Assembly: GCA_050260675.1 (NCBI GenBank)
Contig: JBLNCN010000011.1
Location: forward strand, 745,197-809,196
Length of the DNA stretch: 64,000 nucleotides
Direction of reading: 5' to 3'
Source of the DNA: Bacillota bacterium
Lineage (GTDB): Bacteria; Bacillota; Sulfobacillia; Fermentithermobacillales; Fermentithermobacillaceae
Numbering within the stretch: position 1 is the stretch's first letter; each line of letters begins with the position of its first letter. This document shows, one piece after another, positions 9,028 to 18,459 of the stretch. Below the pieces are notes generated by a model that searched no databases, had not been told where the DNA came from, and saw only the letters and a program-made list of their open reading frames with translations. The position numbers and the translations under genes were made by a program.

Positions 9028-12000
9028 CGCCAGTCTCCAGCAGGAAGCGGATGGATTCGGGGTCATCGTCACCGATAGTCTCGTCAAGCCACTTCTCGAA
9101 GAGTACTCGAAGCTCCATCACCTTGAGAGGACCACCCGATCCATGGAACAGGGCTGCGGTGAGGCTCCGGACAGATAGAGTCTTTAGCCTTAGGCCCCTT
9201 AGCAACGCATTAACGGAAGCGACAAAGCTATCATCGACCGGCTCTGGGATTTCCTCGCTGGACAGGAACTGGAGAATTACCGTCTTCTCCTCGTTTGTGA
9301 GAGCCTGCATGAGGGGGCTGTCTCTATGGTCTCTGAGTTCGGCGAGAAGCCTTGAAGTCCACTCACCAAACAAAGAATCGAGCGCTTCTTCACACTGTTG
9401 AAGAACAGCATCTGCGGGAGACTGTCCCTCATAGTTTCTGGGGTCGAACCTTGTCATAGGGTTGAGCGACGTGGGACTTCGTAGCAGTTCTTCGTCGCTA
9501 CAGCCCTGATAGATGGGTAACGACACAATCCTGCTTTCGATCTTGTCAAGTGCCGCCTTGTTTAGACCAGCTATTCGAGAAAGCTTGCTCATCTGCCTGA
9601 GCCTCTGCCCCTGCAGGAGCTGCTTTCTTCGTGTATCTCCATCTCGGGATAGGCTGTACGACCTTTCAAGGCTATGGTAGGTACGAAGAGCCGATTGCGT
9701 CGCTTTCTGAACGGACAAGCCAAGTCCGGCGAAATCCTGATTGGATGGATCTGCGTATGCCTCCCGTAGTCTTCGTTTCACAACCTGGAGGTCGTCCTGA
9801 AATGCTGGATTATCTTTGAGGATCTCCTCAAATCTGACGAGCGCCGAAAGACTACTATGGTACTGACTCAGGAATTGTAGGAGAGCTTCCAGCTGCTCTA
9901 CTCGACGCAGTAGTTCAGCCAGCTCGGCTATCTCACGCGTCTCGATGCGGAGATTGCTCATCTTGGATTTGTGATTGAGAGGAACAAGGGTCTCAAGAAT
10001 GGACTTCGCAGACTCGCAGGTCGCCACCCAGGTGTCGGCGGAAAACGATTCAGAAAAGGGGAGACCACCTTTGACTGTGGCCTCATAGTCCAGCAATCTC
10101 TCCAGAAACACTGACAGGCGACTCTGGAACTCAACCATAGCCGGGCCATACGTCGCTGAATTTGCCAATAAACCCCTATTCACCTTGAGGAGGCTGAAGA
10201 GTTTGGCCCACTTTTCCACTGGTACTGCGCTTGGACGGGATACTCGGACAACCCGGTCCCATTTTGATACTTGCCTGTACATTTCCCTCAGATTCGAGGC
10301 ATCGAACCGGGTATTACCCACACCTGTAATAATGAGATAGCCAGAAGCCACCCCTGCAGCAAGGACGACTAATAGCCACTCAGCCTCGATAGGCTCTCCT
10401 TTCATCCATACCCTACCATCCCTGCTTTCGAAGAGATCGGAGTTGTTGAGAACGTGATTCAGTTCGGGGCCACCGAGACGGACAAGAACCTTCGTTAGCC
10501 AGGGTGACCGCTCTGGTATGGCGACGGTGTCCTCGTATAGCCCCAGAGCAGAGAGAACCGCCCTTCCCATAGTCGTAGCCATACCCGTCTCACATAGTAT
10601 CTCGAGAGCTGCTTGAGCGATTTGTTCTCTTGTATTCTCACGAACCTCTATGGCGAACGAGGGGTACCCCGGATACTTTCGGTCAAAGTGGGAAGCAAAC
10701 ATTAGCTGACTCAAAGTATCAAACTTGTCTTTGAGTACGCTATTGGCTCTCGATGGCGCAAGATCCGCCAGCCACTCGCCCAAGGACCGTCTCCTACCGT
10801 CGAACCTGACCGAGAGCCACGTGTTGGCGTTCGTGTTCAGCAATGGTATGACTACTTCTAGGCGATTCCTGGCGATGCGTTCGTACGCCAAATGTTCGTC
10901 ACCCTTGCACTCCGCAGCACGTTCCTTCGCAGCAGCGTACTCTCGGACCATATCCAGGAACGTACCCTCGTCATTCTCGGCTTCAGACCCCACCTTCTCG
11001 AATCTCGATGGCGGAAAGTCCTCGAGAAACCAATATGCCTCATCGGGCTTATCGTCCCAGGATTCCTGGACACCGAGGACTCTTCGCGAGGGCACAATAA
11101 AGAGGTAGAAGTCCTTTGGAGGCTGTGCAGTTGACCTTTGCCCCGGGAAACCAAAGAACAACCAGCCGGGCCTATCCACACCTTTTTCCTTCCACACAAG
11201 GCTATACTCCCATAATCGTCCTTCTGAAATGGGTCGTACACTGTCGATCTCTAGAGCTCTGGCAAACACCTCGTTCAGATACCGTAGAAGGGTATCCTTA
11301 CGAAGCGTCCTGGCCACAGTCGCCACGTGCTGATCATAATCGACATCACGTGTTGGATCGATGAAGTACTGACCGGAAGTCTCGGAGTAGCTAAGGAACT
11401 GACCGTTAGCGGCTTCTCTAGCCTTATCGAGTAATCGCTTTGCCGCCAAGGTCAGGAAGTTTGGATCCTGAACGGGGACACTTGTCTCCCATAGAAGGCT
11501 ATTCTTGAGATCGCCTGGAGTCATGCCGACAGGTGTGTTGATGCCGTCAGTAGTCAGCCGGTTAACTGCCAACCCGTAGATGAGCCTAAGGGCGGCGCCT
11601 TCATCACGTGGGTCAAGGAATCGGCCGGCAATATGCGATCGTATTGTGACCACGTTCTGAACTACTTTGGCGATTTCTGAGTTCGCTCGCAGGCCCTGGT
11701 CCGCTTCTATATGACGCCAGTATTTGTCGGCTGTCACAAGATCGAGGTGCCCTCCATCGATCTCTCGGTCAACTAGAGACCGAGCCTCCCGAGATAGGAC
11801 TGTTAGGATCTCTCTCCGCTCCACCACAAAAACTCGCTGGAATTCCTGGAGAAACGATGGATGGGCAGGAAACAGCGATACAAATCGCTCGATCTCGGAA
11901 GGGAGCACCTCATAGAGTGGGAATAGCGGTTTGAGGACATCCCGGATTCGCTCCCTCTGTTCAGCCGTTTTCTGAAAGAGGTATCTTTCCACTAGTTCTT

Positions 12001-12778
12001 CGATTCCTTTGCCATCAATGACAAAGTCGTAGAACCTTTGCTTCACGCGATTTACTGCCGAGGCAACGTGATTGAAACGGGGATTGCTAAACAAAGACTG
12101 CTGGAGTCCTGCAACGAATCGGAATCGTGAACCATCGCAGAACTCTCCAAGGGCCTGTAGTACCGAGAGGTCAAGCACGAGGGCCTGCTCGTCTCTTGTG
12201 TCGAGGTAACCGAGCAGTTCATCTATGACAAGCAGTACGCCCATGCCGGGACAGTATGAATCAAAAGATTCCATGAAACGCATGAACTCGTATTTCACAT
12301 TTGGGACTTCGCTTTGTGTGCGGAACTGGAAGGTGAAACCTACGGAGCGAGCTAGGGCGCAGAGCTCATCGGCCACCATCTCATAGAGCGACATCATCGT
12401 TCCAGCGATCTGTAGTCGGCGAACCTTGAAATGGCCAGCGAGTAGGCGCATTTTCTCACGCCAGGACTCATCCCGAACATACTCCAGATAGCTGGCGTCC
12501 TCTGCTATGAGGGAAACGAAGCTCATTACGTGACTCTTTCCAGTGCCATAGTTACCGACAACAAATATGCCCTTACCTTCGATGCCGCGCCCGAGGTCGA
12601 GCTGAGGTATAGCGACCGACTCCAAGGCCCTGCCGAGACTCGGAGTTATGACGAAAGTCGAGATAAGCCGCTTGGCTTTGGTTCTGTTGTCTGCATCGTT
12701 TATCTTTATCACAGTCTCAATGGGGTTAAGGGTGAACAGGTCTCCGTACTTCACTAGAAAGCCACCGCCTTCAAGCAA
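9011..12778 (-). CDS. brxC: Large (1255 aa) P-loop ATPase, BrxC/PglY-like (DUF499-type) BREX component
   Basis: N-terminal NPIETVIKINDAD...GKGIFVVGNYGTGKSHVMSFVSLIAED is a Walker A motif, followed by LLVIDELLGYLD (Walker B-like). Size and position 5' of the MTase-PglZ pair fit BrxC/PglY. The family assignment comes from memory of the DUF499 N-terminus and was not checked with an HMM. Confidence 0.6.
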   Translation of the reverse strand: MLEGGGFLVKYGDLFTLNPIETVIKINDADNRTKAKRLISTFVITPSLGRALESVAIPQLDLGRGIEGKGIFVVGNYGTGKSHVMSFVSLIAEDASYLEYVRDESWREKMRLLAGHFKVRRLQIAGTMMSLYEMVADELCALARSVGFTFQFRTQSEVPNVKYEFMRFMESFDSYCPGMGVLLVIDELLGYLDTRDEQALVLDLSVLQALGEFCDGSRFRFVAGLQQSLFSNPRFNHVASAVNRVKQRFYDFVIDGKGIEELVERYLFQKTAEQRERIRDVLKPLFPLYEVLPSEIERFVSLFPAHPSFLQEFQRVFVVERREILTVLSREARSLVDREIDGGHLDLVTADKYWRHIEADQGLRANSEIAKVVQNVVTIRSHIAGRFLDPRDEGAALRLIYGLAVNRLTTDGINTPVGMTPGDLKNSLLWETSVPVQDPNFLTLAAKRLLDKAREAANGQFLSYSETSGQYFIDPTRDVDYDQHVATVARTLRKDTLLRYLNEVFARALEIDSVRPISEGRLWEYSLVWKEKGVDRPGWLFFGFPGQRSTAQPPKDFYLFIVPSRRVLGVQESWDDKPDEAYWFLEDFPPSRFEKVGSEAENDEGTFLDMVREYAAAKERAAECKGDEHLAYERIARNRLEVVIPLLNTNANTWLSVRFDGRRRSLGEWLADLAPSRANSVLKDKFDTLSQLMFASHFDRKYPGYPSFAIEVRENTREQIAQAALEILCETGMATTMGRAVLSALGLYEDTVAIPERSPWLTKVLVRLGGPELNHVLNNSDLFESRDGRVWMKGEPIEAEWLLVVLAAGVASGYLIITGVGNTRFDASNLREMYRQVSKWDRVVRVSRPSAVPVEKWAKLFSLLKVNRGLLANSATYGPAMVEFQSRLSVFLERLLDYEATVKGGLPFSESFSADTWVATCESAKSILETLVPLNHKSKMSNLRIETREIAELAELLRRVEQLEALLQFLSQYHSSLSALVRFEEILKDNPAFQDDLQVVKRRLREAYADPSNQDFAGLGLSVQKATQSALRTYHSLERSYSLSRDGDTRRKQLLQGQRLRQMSKLSRIAGLNKAALDKIESRIVSLPIYQGCSDEELLRSPTSLNPMTRFDPRNYEGQSPADAVLQQCEEALDSLFGEWTSRLLAELRDHRDSPLMQALTNEEKTVILQFLSSEEIPEPVDDSFVASVNALLRGLRLKTLSVRSLTAALFHGSGGPLKVMELRVLFEKWLDETIGDDDPESIRFLLETGDERSE

Positions 12779-12992
12779 ACTTCAGGTTCTGCCCTTACAA
12801 GGAAAGGCTTTCGTCACTAGAGGGAGACATTCCTGGTAGACGGGTCGGATGTGTATTTCAAGCAGCTCCAGGACAATCAGGGTCACCTGGATCTCTTGCT
12901 CTCTTCTCCGTCGGCCCGGGTCCAAACCGCGCGGTGGTCAGGGACTGTATTAGTCAGTCAGGCACTCAATAATGCAGCAACAAGCCAGTCCC

Positions 12993-14240
12993 CTACTTCG
13001 TGTACTGCACCCCGTCGGTATACCTGTTGCCGGGGTTCCAGAGCATGTAGGTCTCAATACCGTGCTCAAACAGGGCCTCTATCTGACCGCGTACTTCCGC
13101 AGGGCCGTACTTGATGCGCATGGAGAAGTCCTGCAGCCAGGGACGTATCTTCGACCGGAGCCCGGCGGTGCGCTCCTGAGCCTCGTCCATCGCCTTGCTG
13201 ACCACTTCTTTCGGGTGCGCCTCCGGCACTTGGAAACCGTATATGCCGGCGTTGAAGTAGTGGGACGGGTAGACCATCGGGCATATGAAGTCGACGGAGT
13301 CGGCTACCTCCTCCAGCTTCTGTCCAATGCCCATGTCGTCGACGGCGATGGTGACGAACCCGAAAATGTCGGCGCCCAGGTAGGCCCTATCGCCGATCTC
13401 CTCTGACATGTACTTCAGGAAGGCGGCTATGGCGTCACCGCGGCCGTTGAATTCCGAATGGCCCGGCATCAGCACGGAACCGCTGGTCTCCATGCCCCGC
13501 GAGTTGTCGGGGAAGCGCACGTAGTCCAGCTGTATCTCATCAAAACCCATGTCCAGCGCCCATAGTGCGACATCCCGTACGTACTCCCAGTTCTTCCTGT
13601 CGTACGGATTGAGCCATATCATACCGTCTCTGGCGCGCCAAAGGCTCCCGTCGGCGTTCCTTATCGCCCTCTCGGGCTCTGCTTTGGCGCGGTAAGGGTC
13701 CTGAAAAGCCACGATGCGGGCTATCATGTAGTAGTCCTGATCGTGAAGCACGCTCACAAGAGCGGGAAAGTGGGGGTAATGGGCTGGAAGAGCAGGCACG
13801 TTCTCCGGCGGCGTCGTGGGCACCCTGCCGGAATTGTCCTTTACGTCGATCACGAACGAGTTGAGTCCGTCATGACCCCTCACGAACTCCATGATGGACC
13901 GCATGATCGAGGGCGTCCCCGCCGAGTCCATGGTGAGGTAGACTGCCTTGGCGGTAAGGGCCTTCTCCATCGGAGCGCGCAAATCCGCGGGCGCCGGAGG
14001 TTCCATTATGATCCCGGGCGGCTCAACAGGAACCGGCTCACCACCGAGGAACAACACGGCCCACTCGCCCAGATATCCCGCGCGCCCTGCAAAAAAGGCG
14101 CTTAGGAGCGCGATCGCCGTGAGGCTGTATAGCGCGATCTTCCTCTCTCGCATCTTGCGCAGTCGGCGTAGCTCAGCAGCATCAGTAGTAGTGGCAGCAA
14201 CCTCTCGGCGATTCGCGTCCGGCATCAGTGGCTCTCCCAT
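12993..14240 (-). CDS. Putative glycoside hydrolase of the DUF4015 family with N-terminal membrane anchor
   Basis: A TM segment IALYSLTAIALLSAFFAG is followed by VYLTMDSAG...FVIDVKDNSGRV...DEIQLDYVRFPD...DFICPMVYPSHY, the characteristic DUF4015 TIM-barrel hydrolase pattern. Confidence 0.6.
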   Translation of the reverse strand: MGEPLMPDANRREVAATTTDAAELRRLRKMRERKIALYSLTAIALLSAFFAGRAGYLGEWAVLFLGGEPVPVEPPGIIMEPPAPADLRAPMEKALTAKAVYLTMDSAGTPSIMRSIMEFVRGHDGLNSFVIDVKDNSGRVPTTPPENVPALPAHYPHFPALVSVLHDQDYYMIARIVAFQDPYRAKAEPERAIRNADGSLWRARDGMIWLNPYDRKNWEYVRDVALWALDMGFDEIQLDYVRFPDNSRGMETSGSVLMPGHSEFNGRGDAIAAFLKYMSEEIGDRAYLGADIFGFVTIAVDDMGIGQKLEEVADSVDFICPMVYPSHYFNAGIYGFQVPEAHPKEVVSKAMDEAQERTAGLRSKIRPWLQDFSMRIKYGPAEVRGQIEALFEHGIETYMLWNPGNRYTDGVQYTK

Positions 14241-14380
14241 TTCTTGCCTGCTAGACGAGGCAATTACAGCTCATTTCTCTACGTGACGAGGGAATACCTC
14301 TCGCTGTTTCCACCCGAACGCAACCTGGCAGCTCTATTCTCAGAGAACATGCAACCAACATGCACTACTCCAGGCTGATG

Positions 14381-14456
14381 TGCATTCCTAACAGCACTAC
14401 TTTGGGAATGCATGAAACCTGTAAGCACTTCCCCACGAGGATGTGCTTACAGGTTT
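14381..14456. terminator. Two adjacent inverted repeats: TGCATTCC-N16-GGAATGCA and AAACCTGTAAGCAC-N14-GTGCTTACAGGTTT. Likely terminator or attenuator downstream of cheX and upstream of the DUF4015 gene
   Basis: The first has an 8-bp stem and the second a perfect 14-bp stem, at 14381-14412 and 14415-14456 in the convergent/promoter gap. No U-tract follows. Confidence 0.35.
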
Positions 14457-14522
14457 CAGTCCGGGCGTTAGCCGCAATTCTATCGGGGTCAGCCGCAGTT
14501 CTATTAAGCGTCAGCCGCGATC

Positions 14523-14996
14523 CTACTTCTTGCTGTAATACCGAAGGGCCACTGATATCTCAATGAGCCCCACCGGCAGCTCGATGGGGATGACAAGCCT
14601 TTGGATGTCCACGGTGGATATCATGACACCCTTGCCGGCGATGATGGTGGGCGGAGTGAGCTTGCAGATGTAGCCGTGCTCCTCAAGACCTGCCGCGGCC
14701 TGACCGGTGATGATGTTCCCCATTTCAGCGATGGACGACTCGGCCAGCTCGTTGAACATCGGGACCGGCTCCCCCAAAAGGGTTGCGGCAATCCCCTTGG
14801 CCGTCTTTTCTGACATGCTGTACAGCACCGTGCCCTCGGCATCACCCGCGACTCCCAGGGCCACGTTGACCTCTCCGGACGTAGCCTTGGATGACTCCAG
14901 CCGAAGCTGCCCCCTGGTTACTTCCATGCTCAGCTCCGTCTGAAGGAACTTGTACGCGGCATCCAAGAACGGGTTTACCAGACCGGCTTTGAACAT
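14523..14996 (-). CDS. cheX: Chemotaxis phosphatase CheX (CheC/CheX/FliY family)
   Basis: 157 aa, with the motif SIAEMGNIITGQAAAGL characteristic of the CheC/CheX family; terminal gene of the che operon. Confidence 0.7.
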   Translation of the reverse strand: MFKAGLVNPFLDAAYKFLQTELSMEVTRGQLRLESSKATSGEVNVALGVAGDAEGTVLYSMSEKTAKGIAATLLGEPVPMFNELAESSIAEMGNIITGQAAAGLEEHGYICKLTPPTIIAGKGVMISTVDIQRLVIPIELPVGLIEISVALRYYSKK

Positions 14997-15002
14997 CGTG
15001 AA

Positions 15003-15905
15003 TTACCTCCCGTCTCTAGTCGCCAACCGCCGGTAGAAGAACGGCTGCATCTGAACAAGACCGAACATGCCGGGGTTGAATATTGCTTCGGTGGCGCCGG
15101 TGAACAGGACGCCACCTTCTCTCAATGAGTTTGCTAGGCCAGCGATGACCTGGTTCTTGCCTTTGTCAGTGAAGTAGATCAGCACATTTCTGCACATTAC
15201 CAGGTCGAGGCCGCTCGGATACTGATCGGAAAGCAGGTTCTTGCGGCGGAAAGAGACCATTTTCCGCAGGGTCTCGTTGGCCAGGTAACCCGTCCCGTCA
15301 GGGACGAAGTACTTGACAAGGAGACTCCGCGGGATGCCCGCCACCTCTTCCTTGGTGTAGACAGCAGCCTCAGCCTTCTTGAGGCTTGGCTCGTCGATGT
15401 CGGTCCCAAGGACCGTGCTACCCACGGCGCCCGCCTCGCACAGCGTGATCGCCAGGGTGTACGCTTCCTGCCCCGCTGACGAGCCTGCACTCCAGGCCTT
15501 GATCCCTCCACCTTGGTGGATAAGAGCCGGGAGCACCTTCTCGCGAAGGACCTTCCACTGGTCCGGGTTCCTGAAGAACTCGGAAACATTGATTGTGAGG
15601 AAATCCACCAGCGCTCGCAGCTTGGCGGGGTCTCTTTGCACCGAATTCGCCAGGGATGTGAAGTCCGGCATCCCGTTACGCGACCGATAGCTCTCGAGCC
15701 GCCTGTGCATCTGCTGGCCTTTGTAGCTTTCAAGGTCTATGGACGTCAGCTTCTTGACCTTCTGGCAGAAGTGCACGTAGTCCAGACCGTAGGTACGAAT
15801 GTCGTCGCGATCGACTGTCTGACTCCTGGGCTTCTTTGCTGAGGCAGACGCCGGCAGTCCCAGCCCTGGTCCCTGCTCGAGTTGCTCGAGATCGCCGCCC
15901 ATCAT
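15003..15905 (-). CDS. cheR: Chemotaxis protein methyltransferase CheR
   Basis: FFRNPDQWKVL, IKAWSAGSSAGQEAYTLAI, VMCRNVLIYF: the SAM-dependent CheR signature. Confidence 0.9.
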   Translation of the reverse strand: MMGGDLEQLEQGPGLGLPASASAKKPRSQTVDRDDIRTYGLDYVHFCQKVKKLTSIDLESYKGQQMHRRLESYRSRNGMPDFTSLANSVQRDPAKLRALVDFLTINVSEFFRNPDQWKVLREKVLPALIHQGGGIKAWSAGSSAGQEAYTLAITLCEAGAVGSTVLGTDIDEPSLKKAEAAVYTKEEVAGIPRSLLVKYFVPDGTGYLANETLRKMVSFRRKNLLSDQYPSGLDLVMCRNVLIYFTDKGKNQVIAGLANSLREGGVLFTGATEAIFNPGMFGLVQMQPFFYRRLATRDGR

Positions 15906-16975
15906 GCTCCCTCCTCAACGTCCCTGGCGAACCGCGTGATCGCGCCTGCGATCTTGGTAAGCGGCAGGACCTTGTGGGACGCACCGAGTTCTATGCACGC
16001 TCTGGGCATTCCCCAGACCACGGACGTTGCTTCATCTTGACAGAAAACTGTAGCGCCCAAGGACCGCGCCATCTTTGCCCCCTTGGCGCCGTCAAACCCC
16101 ATGCCTGTAAGGATGACGACCAGGAGTTTGGGGCCGAAGACAGGGCCTGCGTCCATGAGAGTTACATCGACGGAAGGCCTCACGCCGTGCACAGGCTCGC
16201 TCTGATCCAAGTGGATGCAAGGGTGCTTATCGGCAACCACTCTTGCGTGCATCCCGCCTGGGGCGACCAGGATGGCTCCTCGCTTGAAGGTGTCTCCCTC
16301 GACAGCCTCGGCAACCGGCAGAGCGGCCAACCCGTTCAGCCTCACAGCCATTGAGCGGGTGAAGCCTGCCGGCATGTGCTGGACTACCAGCACGCTGCTC
16401 GGCAAATCCCTGGGCAGCTGCGTAAGCACCTCGTCCAGCGCCTGGGGGCCTCCGGTTGACGAACCGATGACGACAAGCGAGCTGGAGAGCCCGCCGCTGG
16501 CCGCCTCGCGACGTTCCGTCTGCTGCCTGGGCAGCCCCCGCCGCCTTTGCCGGAGCCTCGCCGACGCTGCAGCCAACACCTTTCTTACCAATTCGTCGGC
16601 TATGGGAGAGATATTGATGCGGCTCTCAGGCTTGGCCAGGAAGTCCACGGCGCCCAGAGACAAAGCCTCGAGGGTTGTCTCGGTCCCCTGTCCCGTGAGC
16701 GACGAGAACATCACCACCGGCACCGGCTTGTGCGCCATGATCCTGCGGAGCGCGGTCAGCCCGTCAACTCTGGGCATCTCGACGTCCATGACGATAACGT
16801 GAGGTGACAGCTCTCCGTTCATCTGCACTGCCTCAGCGCCGTCTCGCGCTTCGCCGACAATCGCAATCCTTGGGCTGGCCTCAAGCGCCCGCCGCAGGAG
16901 GTGTCTCATGAATAGCGAGTCGTCGGCGATGAGAACTCTGACGTCCCTGGCATTCTCCGGAACCTCTACTGGCAC
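15902..16975 (-). CDS. cheB: Chemotaxis response regulator protein-glutamate methylesterase CheB
   Basis: N-terminal REC domain VLIADDSLFMRHLL...IVMDVEMPRVDG plus C-terminal methylesterase IGSSTGGPQAL...HMPAGFT...GMGFDGA. Confidence 0.9.
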   Translation of the reverse strand: MPVEVPENARDVRVLIADDSLFMRHLLRRALEASPRIAIVGEARDGAEAVQMNGELSPHVIVMDVEMPRVDGLTALRRIMAHKPVPVVMFSSLTGQGTETTLEALSLGAVDFLAKPESRINISPIADELVRKVLAAASARLRQRRRGLPRQQTERREAASGGLSSSLVVIGSSTGGPQALDEVLTQLPRDLPSSVLVVQHMPAGFTRSMAVRLNGLAALPVAEAVEGDTFKRGAILVAPGGMHARVVADKHPCIHLDQSEPVHGVRPSVDVTLMDAGPVFGPKLLVVILTGMGFDGAKGAKMARSLGATVFCQDEATSVVWGMPRACIELGASHKVLPLTKIAGAITRFARDVEEGA

Positions 16976-17322
16976 TGTTTCCTCACGGCCTCCATGAGCT
17001 TTTCGGGCTGGAAGGGCTTCACCACGAAGTCCTTGGCCCCGGCTCTTATCGCCTCCAGTACCATGCTCCTCTGCCCGAGTGCCGTGACCATGATCACCTT
17101 CGCGGCCTCATCCATGGACTTGATCGCCTTCAGCGCCCCGATTCCATCGAGGACCGGCATAGTGATGTCCATAAGAACCAAGTCCGGCTGTTCGGTTTTG
17201 TAGGCCTCCACCGCCTCTGCCCCGTTGGCGGCCTCGACAACCGAGAACCCCTCTCCGGACAACAGACGTGAGGCTTTGGTTCTCATAAACATCGCGTCAT
17301 CTACCACAAGGACCTTAGCCAC
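16966..17322 (-). CDS. cheY: Chemotaxis response regulator CheY
   Basis: 118 aa single REC domain: VLVVDDAMFMR...LVLMDITMPVLDG...KDFVVKPF. Confidence 0.9.
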   Translation of the reverse strand: MAKVLVVDDAMFMRTKASRLLSGEGFSVVEAANGAEAVEAYKTEQPDLVLMDITMPVLDGIGALKAIKSMDEAAKVIMVTALGQRSMVLEAIRAGAKDFVVKPFQPEKLMEAVRKQCQ

Positions 17323-17334
17323 TCTGCACTCCTC

Positions 17335-17856
17335 CTACATATCCCTTTCAGTGCGGCCGACCGATGAGACGGTAACCCGTCCGCCGGCAACATAGAGCCT
17401 CATCGTACGGCCGTAGTCCTCCCCTACGTCCATCTTCAAGATCGTGATGCCCTGTTTCCATGCCGCTTCCTGGGCTGCCCGCACGTTAGCCGCCCCTATG
17501 TCCCCGCCGGGCCACGAGAGCGTCCGGAGCACGTGGGCGCCTCCAGCCAGGTAGCCCTTAAGACGGGGGACTTCGCACCCCGCTTCCTGCATGAGCGAGA
17601 CAAGCATCGGCACGGCGGTATCGGCATACTTGCCTGCGGACAATCCCGCGTCAGGGTCCTCCCTCTTAGCAAAGCCCGAGGGCGCCAGGCTGCCGCCGGA
17701 AGACGGCAACACAATGTGAGCCAGACCTCCGATCCTGGTCACCGGATCCCAAACCGCCAGTCCAACGCACGAGCCCAAGGAGTAAGCCACAAGGACGTCA
17801 TCCTTGCCGCCGGCTACTTTGATTTCCGATAGTCCCACCGCTATGTGATTGTGCAT
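17335..17856 (-). CDS. cheD: Chemoreceptor glutamine deamidase CheD
   Basis: LGSCVGLAVWDPVTRIGGLAHIVLP matches the CheD catalytic Cys/His region. Confidence 0.85.
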   Translation of the reverse strand: MHNHIAVGLSEIKVAGGKDDVLVAYSLGSCVGLAVWDPVTRIGGLAHIVLPSSGGSLAPSGFAKREDPDAGLSAGKYADTAVPMLVSLMQEAGCEVPRLKGYLAGGAHVLRTLSWPGGDIGAANVRAAQEAAWKQGITILKMDVGEDYGRTMRLYVAGGRVTVSSVGRTERDM

Positions 17857-18392
17857 GCCCCTATCCCGTCTCCAGCGAAGAAGTTTTGCTCCGAGCTCAC
17901 CTTGGGCAGGAACACGATCTCGAACATTGCCTTGCCCCCGGAAAGCGAGTATTGAATGTGTACGACGTATACTGCGTCAGAGAGACCGGAATAGGACAGG
18001 GCCGACCCGAGCACCGCTCCCGCCATGTCCCTTACGAGAACAGGGGGACTTGGCGAGATGGCGATACCGGCGCCATCCGCTATTGAGTTGATGAGGCAGG
18101 ACCCGACCACGTTCGCCACTTCCAGGATCAGAGAATCCGTGAGTGGCGGGATCTCGTGAGGCGCTATGCCTTCGAATACTTCGGGAGTCAGAAACGTCAC
18201 CAGCCGCTCGGCCGTGTCCGGCCTGAACAGCATGATCAGCTGCCCCTCGGCTTCGCCCTCGAACGAGCAGTAGGAAGCCAGTACAGGAGCTTCAGGGTTG
18301 CCGGCGAGGAGCGGGATCTCCCGAAGGTCCAGGAACGTCATCCTTGCCGTCGCCGTTTCCAGGTCCTTGCCCGTGTAGCTGGCCAGGGCCAA
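17841..18392 (-). CDS. cheC: CheY-P phosphatase CheC
   Basis: CheC-family repeats LILEVANVVGSCLINSIADGAGIAI; sits between cheA and cheD as in Bacillus-type operons. Confidence 0.7.
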   Translation of the reverse strand: MALASYTGKDLETATARMTFLDLREIPLLAGNPEAPVLASYCSFEGEAEGQLIMLFRPDTAERLVTFLTPEVFEGIAPHEIPPLTDSLILEVANVVGSCLINSIADGAGIAISPSPPVLVRDMAGAVLGSALSYSGLSDAVYVVHIQYSLSGGKAMFEIVFLPKVSSEQNFFAGDGIGACTIT

Positions 18393-18459
18393 CCGGGCGT
18401 TCTCGAGCCCCTTCTGCGCGTATCTTTGAAACGCTTCGTAGTCCGTCGCTCGACCCTCC

